From Octopus vulgaris (lineage: Eukaryota), in NCBI GenBank assembly GCA_951406725.2, contig OX597817.1, positions 115,072,001 to 115,136,000 of the forward strand: DNA of 64,000 nucleotides, read 5' to 3'. Below the pieces are notes generated by a model. The model was not told the origin of the DNA. It searched no databases and saw only the letters and a program-made list of their open reading frames with translations. Shown in pieces: positions 54,967-64,000 of this stretch. Within the stretch, counting starts at the first letter, position 1. Each line of letters opens with the position of its first letter. Made by a program: the position numbers and the translations under genes.

Positions 54967-57489
54967 TATATAATGACATATATATATAATGACATATATA
55001 TATCATTCTTCTATGTATAAACGTACGTGTGTGTCTGTGTGTCGTGTCTCTTTCCAAATTTATGAGTGGGACGGTTTATTTGTTGGAGAGAAATGTTTTC
55101 ACTGCTGTGTGCTTGTCCTAGTTTTAACTAGTCTACCGTCAAATTTAGCGGAGTGTTTTCTTTTTTAGTTACGCAAAACATATCTCTGAACCTTGGTAAG
55201 TTTTGAACCTACGAACTGTGTTCACTAGTCCATTAGATTAAGACATCAAAATATGTGGTAAAAATCTTCAACCATCAGCGTAAGGAATATCATTAACATA
55301 AATAGTAATAATAATATTTGCAATAATAGACTTCAGTAACCCCAACATCAGCAGAAACTGTTCCCCCGCATCAAGATTATTAAGTGTTTGAAATAAGTAT
55401 TGGACTGTAAAAGCCTATTGATCTGAGAATTCAGCTTCAATCAATGAGTGAATAGACATTAAGAAAATGTCCTTTTCTATGTACAAGCTGCAGTCTGGAG
55501 TATTCTCACTTAATAGCTTTTCTTTAGACTTTTGATATTTGAAAGTAACTTGATGACAAGTCAATTGAAGCTGGCGACATTGTTTTTTTAAAGAGTTTGT
55601 GACATGTTATGGCTTTAAATTTCTATATTTATTCCATATACACGTTATTGGTAAATATATTTGGAGCAGCTCTTTGATTCTTCATTGCTTTAGGACAAAA
55701 ACACTTCAATAACTGTGTTTTTAACTTGTAAAGAAACGAGTTTAATGGTTCATTCTATCCTCCAGTTGCTTTGTTTATGAAATGACAGATTAAAAGAAAA
55801 AAGAAAATTTCAAGTAACAACAACAATTCTACAATAAAAAAGCAAACACATATAAGAAATTTAGCCTGTGCGTGTGAAATAATAATATTCTGTGTCGAAA
55901 TAAAAATATCAAAATGTGAGAAAAATAGCCATTAAACATAGTAATAGCAAAATATGCTTCTGTGACATGAGGTGAAACATATTTAAATGTCTTGAATAAA
56001 AAATACTGCTCTTGGATAAAATACGAGGCTATAAGTCACATGCTTTACCCATTGAAGAATTCTACCCCAGAACTATAAACGCTATTCCCATAATTCGCAT
56101 AACACAGCATTATTCGCATAATGAAAGCAAAAAATAAAAAAAAACAACAACATTTAAGCATCACTTGTCCCGAATGGCTCAAAAGTATGCCGTTCAATGT
56201 TTTATTTTGCAATGAATTGTCTCCTACTAATTCAAATCACTCTGCTGCTTGAAATTCTGATTATTATACCTGAATATTAAATGCGAGAAATGTTGATCAA
56301 ATATCAATTTGCGTCTTTTTATCAACCTAGACCACAGTCACTCGCATCAATCATCACTACCAGCAACATTACTGGGCACATCTCTGTTGTCGAAGTATTT
56401 TTCTGCTGAGACTTTACTGTCTTCTTAGATGGGATACAAATTCATTGTAGTTTGAGTTTGGGGTTATGGGAAATTTTACAAATTTTTGTTACTCATTCAA
56501 TGTTCTGTTGCTTGTAGTGGTGAACAATAACTTCCTACGTCACTTATTTAGCTGGGTTGAGTACATAATGTAATCTGTATTAATTTGTTGCAGAAAAATA
56601 TAACACTAATAGAACATGAAGTATTTTGCCCTTGTCTAATAAAAGATACTTTGTTGTAGTTATTGCCATTTAACCTCAAGTACTTCCTGCTGGAGCAGAT
56701 CCAGGATCAAAGATTTTGTAAAACCAGGATTACATTATCAATTTTATCTTGCTACATTGAAGATGGTTGAGTGTTACAGCATGGCGATTTAGCCTCTACG
56801 TTTTTTAGACCGAACGACACGTTTAAGCTTCATTGTTCATCTAAATGCAGCATTTTTCTGATCCACCATGCTAACATCGTTCTTGTGCTTTGTTCAGAGT
56901 AAATCGCTTTTACTTCTTTCATTTAAGCATTCTGATTACATAACCTTTCTGTAAAGAAAAGCACATTTTAATTGAATGTTTTAGGGAGGGTATCTTACCA
57001 CTAAATAGATTTTTATTTCACATATTATATTGGATATTTTCGAATATTTTCGCATAAAAACAAACATTTAACACTTAGATAGCTAAGTTGGGAATTACAC
57101 TCAGCAGTTTGCAATCTGGAAATTACTTGAACTAATGGATAACATTTAGGTTACAAATACAATGCTACTAAGTGAGTACTATTTAAAATAAAACAACGTA
57201 CATTAACTAAAACAAGATAAAAGCAATAAAACCGTTCCTATGCAATTTAACGAAGAAATTTACTCAGAGCAATCAATACACAGTTCCTTCTTGTAACGGA
57301 AACAGGAGAACATTAAGCATTTCTTTCCCCTCATGGCACAGAAGTATTTTCGAATTTTATCCTGCCTATTTTTCGTTCTTTCATTCTTGCTGTGTCTACA
57401 AAGGGATATTGAGTGGATTGGTGAAGTTACGATGTGAAGGTGTGTGGGAGTGACAGAAAAAGAAAGAAGAAACAGAGCCATTTACAGAG

Positions 57490-57974
57490 CTGGTACTTTA
57501 TTTATCAACCTGTAAGTGATAATAGCAAAAGATGTCACGGCCGGGTTTGAACTCAGAATGTTGCGGATTGGAACAAATACTGTAAATAATTCTATCCAAA
57601 ATTCTAACGATCTGACAATTCGCAGTAAATGAATCAATACTTTATATATGCGATTGAAATGTTTCTTACTGCTTTTTAAGCCAGCAGAAGAAAGATGTGC
57701 AGTACACATCCCCTTTTTAGGGTTTTACAGGTTACTGAAGTTGGTTTTAGTGATATCCAATTGGTTTCAAATTTTGGCACAAGGTCAGGGATATTGGGAG
57801 GGGTGTAAGTCAATTACATTGAGCCCAATGCTCAACTGGTACTTATTTCAGCGACACCGAAAAGATGAATTGCAAAATCGATCACGGTGGAATTTGAAAT
57901 CAGAACATAAAACCAGACGAAATGCCACTAAACATTTTGTCGGGCGTGTCAACGATTCCGCCTGTTCGCCGCCT
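57490..57974 (-). mobile_element. Two SINE family B copies (57490-57620, 57762-57974)
   Basis: ctggtacttattt..ttgaactcagaatg / aatttgaaatcagaacataaa..gacgaaatgcc..ttcgccgcc. Confidence 0.75.
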
Positions 57975-59920
57975 TACCCAACTTGAATGTTAGGAAGTTG
58001 ACGTCTACAGAAAAAAATAAAAACAAAACAAAAAACAAAATAAACAGAATACGGATGAGAAATCGCTCGGTACTTTGGTCCGGGATGCGTAAGAAACATC
58101 TCCCAGAAAGAAACAGAACAAAATAAAAAGACCCTGTGTGCTATTGCAGTGTTATTGCCGTATCAGGACGAGAACGTGATAGACAAATTCATTGAGAGTA
58201 GATAAATAATGTAATGGAATATAAATATAATTTTTCCTGGGATATTATTCACATAATGATATAATTCTTTTGGAAAAGAATGTTATTTCGTTCATTTGAA
58301 ACAACAACAAATCTGAATGAACGAGGGATCCTCTTTGCAATTATTTGAACTGCTTCAAATATTGGCTGAATTTCCTTCAAATCGTACCCAGGCATCTTAA
58401 AAAAAGAGAAAAGTTTATATTATTCATTTAGATTTGTATCATGTCTGAAATAAAATGACGAGACAGTCACAGCGGGAATCTTCTTCATCAAAGGTTTGCT
58501 CGGTTGGAGTTGATATTGAGTCAGGTGAGAACAGCAAGTAGGAAAACTGCAACAGAGAACTTTCATCATACATGTTAGTTTTCTGACTTGAAAAGTCGGG
58601 TCGCTTGAATTCTAGTTTCATAACGTTTAAAGGATGATGTGGGTTTAAGATATTTATGTATACCGTTGGCGATTTACTGCAGGTAGCATTCACAAAGAGA
58701 CGTCTTATGCCAAGTAAATTTTGGTATGAGTATGAAAATGTACGTTTTAGATTTCCAGGGAAACTGGTGCTTTGGATTTAAACTTACAACCTGAGAATTT
58801 ATAAATAAATCAATACTTTACTTTCTACCACTGGCTTTATAATTCTACTGGGATTGAATTATCTAGATAGAAGTGTTAATCAATTTGTTAAAATATTTAA
58901 CTTCAGCACAATGTGTTAGAACACTTTTTTAATTTAGCATATCTGGCAATGAATGAATAGTCATTTGAGAATTACTTCAACGTATCTGACGATTTCTCTA
59001 TGTAATCGACCGACCTGATAGAGACAGAATTAAAATCAACCTCAGATCATTTGTATAGACTAATATGTAAAATAATACAGTGGCGAGATAGATACCCATA
59101 AGATAGAAAATATGGTTTCTTATGTATGTGTGAAATTCATTTAATTATAGGCATGCATTATCAAAGTTGACTTTACGCTAAACGCATAAAAATTGTCGCC
59201 ATCATCGATAACACCAATAACAAAGATAATAATAAGTTTATTGTGGAACTGAAGAGGTTCCTGGTCGTCTCAGAAAATAATTTAAAACCATCTCGTGGGA
59301 GATGTCCATAAGATTGCCAGAATATGAAACATTCCACTCACAGATGGTGAATAAATAAATAATTATATAAGATTAACCGGTTAATTAGTATAAAAATATG
59401 CTTTTGGAACAAAAATAGACACCCCTTCAATTTCGAACAAATAAAACAGAATCAGTAAGAAATTACATTAAATGTGTTAAATGTTTGAAAAAAAAATCAT
59501 TGAAAGCTCAAACACGTACACATACACAAAAGAGAAAACACGAAGAGTATTTTTGTTAGCGATCCATTAAAAACAATTAAATAATTAAGAAAAACATCAA
59601 GATATAGTACAGGAGGTATCAATACATAAATATTTCCAGCCTTGAATTTTCCTATCATTCGAGGCAGAATGAAAATTGGCTATGCTATGAATACATTTGA
59701 AAACTGGCAACTGATGCTTGGAAGTTGGCCAATCTACTTCCAGAGAACAGTTGTAAGTCAATGTAAGTCAAGGGAATTTGATCTAAGTTCATTTACATGT
59801 GAAGTAATGAATGTCTAAGAAAGTAACCAGATTGGCACCAGATATTCTTCTGCATAAGATATTGTGTTAATTAAAGGGTTGCACATTACTCATAGTCAGT
59901 TACTAAAGACAGCTGAACTC

Positions 59921-59952
<32 letters not shown>

Positions 59953-60574
59953 ATATATATATACCTGTGTGTACGAGTATTTGTGTGTATGTATGTGTGT
60001 GTATGGAGGGGGTGCAAATGAACTGACAAGCAAAAGTTTATTAAATCATATATATATATATATATATATATATTTATTTATACGGTTATTGCAAAGTCCT
60101 TGTGCCAATTAAAATTTGTATAACTCTATTTGTACATCATATGTATATATGGTAGAATTAGTCCGTGGAAAGTATAAGTGAAATAATGTTATGTTTTTAA
60201 ATAATTTTCTTCTTGAGACAGGAGATCTCAAGAGGGCCAAGATTATTTCGTGTGTAACCGTGATGCTATTGTGGAATTCTACAAATACATTTTGCAGATT
60301 ATTGTCCGTTGAACTGTGAATCAATTCAGTTAAACAGTTATTATTGACTACCAGTCATATATAGAAATCTGTGTGGTATCCTGCAATCTTTCAAGCTCAA
60401 AATAAACATGGCTGCTTTTTAGGAGAAAGCAATAAAGAACGAGGTAGAACGCGGGGAAAAGCTGGAAGAAAAGAAGAAAGAAACGAGAAAACCTTGAAAC
60501 TAAGGGTTACAAAAATTAACCTAATCTGAAGTAGGGTAGAGTCTCCAGTTCGATAGTAGAAACTTGTCCACATC

Positions 60575-60915
60575 TTTTATCTTTAGCATTTACTGGTTTT
60601 AATCATTAGACTATGGTCATATTGTGGCTCGCCTTGTATTTTATTCGAACGAATCAACCCCAGTATTCAATTTTTTTATAACCTGATACTTATTCTATCA
60701 GTCTCTTTTGCCGAACGGCAACACACCAACACCGGTTGTCAAGCGGTGAAGGGGGACTAACACAATGTCACACACACGCACACACACACAAACACACACA
60801 TACGTACGCAGACACACACATACATACTCGATGGACTTCTTTCAGCTTCTGTGTACCAATTCTACTCGGACGGCTTGGTCAGCATCAGGTTATAATAGAA
60901 GCCATTTGACCAAGG
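60575..60915 (-). mobile_element. SINE family A (head missing)
   Basis: acttattctatcagtctcttttgccgaac..acaccaacaccggttgtcaagcgg..cttctttcagcttctgtgtaccaa. Confidence 0.75.
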
Positions 60916-60929
60916 TATCCACTGGAGTT

Positions 60930-61490
60930 CTTAAATTCAAAAATAATATATTTTTTTCAGTTATACAGAGCTGGAACCTGTTTGATCCATTAATGTATAG
61001 CGTGTATCGTTTATAGTTGCCTCACTTGATGGTGTGTGGGGTGTTTTTGGCATTTAGGTCCCAGATGTGACATACCAGCTTATTGCTTTTCTTCTTGTTT
61101 AGGTGCCGAAGTGAAAATTGGAGTTTAGTACACCTTATTTTAAAGTCACTTGTACATAATCCAATATCTTTTCATTCCAGTTTCATTGTTTGGTAAAAAT
61201 GAGGTGACGTTTCCTTGTATGAGATAACCATGCATGCCTTATCGATGGGCAAGTATCTAGGTTTCTAAAATTACATATTGAAGTGGGTGCTGGGTGTAAC
61301 TTACGTGTGAAACTGATTTTTGAAGTGGGCGCAGTAGCTCGAAGAAACTTATGTGGAACGTCTATTAAAAGTTTTCTTATAAATACGGTTATCAGGGAAA
61401 TGTTTATCATTCGATACTAGGAACTTCCAACGCATGTTTGTCTCAGCATTCAATGAGAAATCAAGGAGGCGAACCATATTAGAAAAAATA
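60930..61490 (-). pseudogene. Old Penelope-like (Naiad-type) linker and GIY-YIG remnant
   Basis: Minus strand: FSLNAETNMRWKFLVSNDKHFPDNRIYKKTFNR; CNFRNLDTCP; DIGLCTSDFKIR..FSLRH..LVCHIWDLNAKNTPHTIK*..YINGSNRFQLCITEKKYII; colinear with ORF 6563-6967. Confidence 0.78.
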
Positions 61491-61529
61491 TTTTGGATTA
61501 TGTAAATGTGACTATAAAAATGAGATATC

Positions 61530-61643
61530 ATCGAACCCAGTACTTGACTGATACTTTATTTGATCGTACCGGAAAGGATAAATGGTACAGGTGACCTCGG
61601 TGGGTTTTGAACTCTGAATGTAAAGGCGATCTAACGATTCTGC
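61530..61643 (-). mobile_element. SINE family B fragment
   Basis: ctgatactttatttgatcg..aaaggata..gacctcggtgggttttgaactctgaatgtaaag. Confidence 0.65.
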
Positions 61644-63067
61644 ACTCATATACGTCATTATAAAAATATTTCTAAACTACATATATGATATTACGGGCTG
61701 GTATTCTTATCATTCTACAAAATAACATGTTACAGGATAAATGAAGTATTGGGTTCACGCAGTAAGTAAAACTATACAGAGGCCACAAATTGTACGGAAC
61801 CTCTTTTTAACCGCTGATGCTTCAGTAGTGTTGGTATTGAAAATCATTTCAGAAGATAGTATGTTCTTTCTCTGGTATAATTGAGCTATTTAATAAAAAA
61901 AACCCATCATATAGCAAAAGCATGTAATCTTTCAAATACATAAGAATAAAATCTGAAACTAAATCCATTTTACCAGCTATTAAATATTTAAAAAATATAT
62001 CATATACTTTTATTAAAAAATAAGTTTTAAATAATTGCTTACTGTACATTGAATATAAGCAGATCATTGCACTCTCTCATAAATTTATCCTCTTTTATTA
62101 GTCAGAAAATATTTCTTTCACCAAAGTTATCTGAAAAAAAAAACTGAAAGAAGAAAACACATTACAAAGATTACCAATATAATTTTTATCAATAATTTTA
62201 CATTTAATTCTCAGTCTGACAAGACATACTTTAAGGCATCTTTGGTATTTGAATAAAACCTGTATTCTGTTCCGTTGCAATAAAATGGTATGGAAACAAT
62301 TTGAAAGGAACTTTCTTCAATATTTATTACTACTTTTTATTTTCACTCAGGAAAAAAAAAAAAAAACACTTCTCGTAGAAATGTTGTTTATACCTTACTT
62401 TCGTTCAAGTAATTTTTAACATTTACAATCTTTTTCTTTGTATCTCCAACATTTTCAGTCTGAAAAATAATGTGATTTTTTTCAGTGTTCTGCGATAAAT
62501 CTAAAAGGGTAAAGAAATAAGCAGTTGATAACAGGTATCTATTATATGTTGCAAACTTATAAAAAGAAATTAGATCGTGTTAAGAAAAGAGCAAACATTC
62601 TTTAAAATAGCTGCAGTATCGTTACCAATATTCACTTGATAATTTAGAATTGGTTTGAACAAGTTAAAAGTGTAATAATAGTGTGTTTGATTCAGCGGTT
62701 ATACACTACCATATCTGCAATAATTTTCAATTTCCTGCTATGCAGACGCAGCTTCGTGAACTTTAGAGCAATGACAAACAAATATATATTCTAAAATACA
62801 TATATTTTAGAATAAAATTCGAGCTTAAAATGGCCTGGCGAATAAAGCATAAGGCAGACAACAGATAGAGTCGAATTAAGATCTTTGAGGTTCTTGGGCT
62901 ATATACAGTGTAGAGCCTGCAGGAATATTTTCAATGGGAATGATGTTTTCTTCTTTGTGTGATTCATGCATGCATGCATGCATACATACATACATACATA
63001 CATACATACATACATACATGCAGACATGCATGCATGCATACATACATGCATACATACGTACACACGT

Positions 63068-63645
63068 GAATGCAACAAAAAAGAAAATACGTACACTGAA
63101 CTATTAAGGAATCTACAGCTACTCTATCCGGATCACAAGTTCATGTTTATACCTGTAATTATTGGAGAACTGGGATATGTAACCCACTGTCTAAATACCA
63201 ATCTTCAGAAATTAGGCTTCTCAAAATCAGAAAGGAGAAAGCTGATTCGAAGGCTATAGATCCAAGCCATCACTGTGAAACTTCTCCAGAGTTTATCATT
63301 TAAGTGTATATGAATATGTCTAGACATGCAACTCTATCCATGAGAATACATACAAATCACCACATGCATAAAGTCTGAATGCTGCACACATGCACACATA
63401 CATCCAAAAATACCCTGTTGATGTTGAAATTCCAGTAAAGGAACCTTGAAACTAGGTTATCAACTGATTCTTTCTCTATTGGCAAGGAGCCTTGAAATAT
63501 AACTAAATAAAGACATACATACATGCATACAAAAATACCCTGTTGATGTTGGAATTCCAATAAAGTAGCCTTGGATCTAGGTTAGAGACCGGCTTTTCTC
63601 CATTAGCAAGAAATCTAGAAGTAAAAGGGAATAATGAAATACATA
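63068..63645 (+). mobile_element. 3' end of a restriction-like-endonuclease non-LTR retrotransposon (R4-like) in a (CATA)n context
   Basis: KKENTYTELLRNLQLLYPDHKFMFIPVIIGELGYV..LQKLGF..LIRRL resembles the K..KY..L...IPVIIGALG C-terminus; 3' UTR present twice, each copy ending in acatacat. Confidence 0.7.
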
Positions 63646-64000
63646 CATGCATATGTGACTAACGTCCTACTGTTAGCCCAGAGTAATCGTTCGAATTTCT
63701 TTATTCGTTTTAGAAACTATATTCTTACCAGCGAGAATTCTAGGTTGTTGACGTCATAAGAATTTAGAAACGTCGAGAGAATGTGAAAGGATTCGTTTAT
63801 TTTTTAACTGTTGAAGTCGCAGCGTTAAGATTTTGGGTTCGAATTTTTTTCTATCCATAGTGATTTAACCCAATTTTACACGCTTATTGTATACAACCTT
63901 CTACTTTGTGTTCAGCCGTTAAAAACGAATTGCCGCACGCTCTCTCAAAGTTTTTTATTCTTATGACATCAATATGTACACACACACGTACACACATACA

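Noticed and set aside
58439-58693. 84 aa ORF as a host exon
   Set aside because: No recognisable domain or convincing splice context; looks like decayed repeat sequence
61022-61024. In-frame TGA in the old Penelope remnant as selenocysteine
   Set aside because: Aligns with the conserved Trp of (I/L)xW, so TGG>TGA decay in a heavily mutated copy is simpler

Overview
AT-rich eukaryotic (animal) DNA that is intergenic or deep intronic. The very high density of (TA)n/(CATA)n/(TATC)n/(TAA)n microsatellites and the recurrent tRNA-derived SINE families strongly suggest an Octopus genome (inferred from repeat content, not verified). I found no credible host protein-coding exon, rRNA, intact tRNA or CRISPR; most ORFs in the track are microsatellite translations. 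The window is a transposon graveyard: two Penelope-like (Naiad-type GIY-YIG) remnants, a 4.1 kb L1/Tx1-type LINE inside a (TATC)n tract, Dong/R4-type fragments next to (TAA)n and (CATA)n, RTE and CR1-like fragments, three mariner remnants, a pogo/Tc2-like MITE, three non-autonomous Helitrons and three SINE families. The most interesting non-coding signals are minus-strand hammerhead ribozyme folds with palindromic minimal stem III and long stem II (54729-54799, intact core; 4351-4464, one core substitution), both in (TA)n-embedded elements. Several other (TA)n-embedded hairpin modules are present. The 48.7-54.5 kb region is a mosaic of staggered, corrupted duplications that looks like an assembly/consensus artefact.
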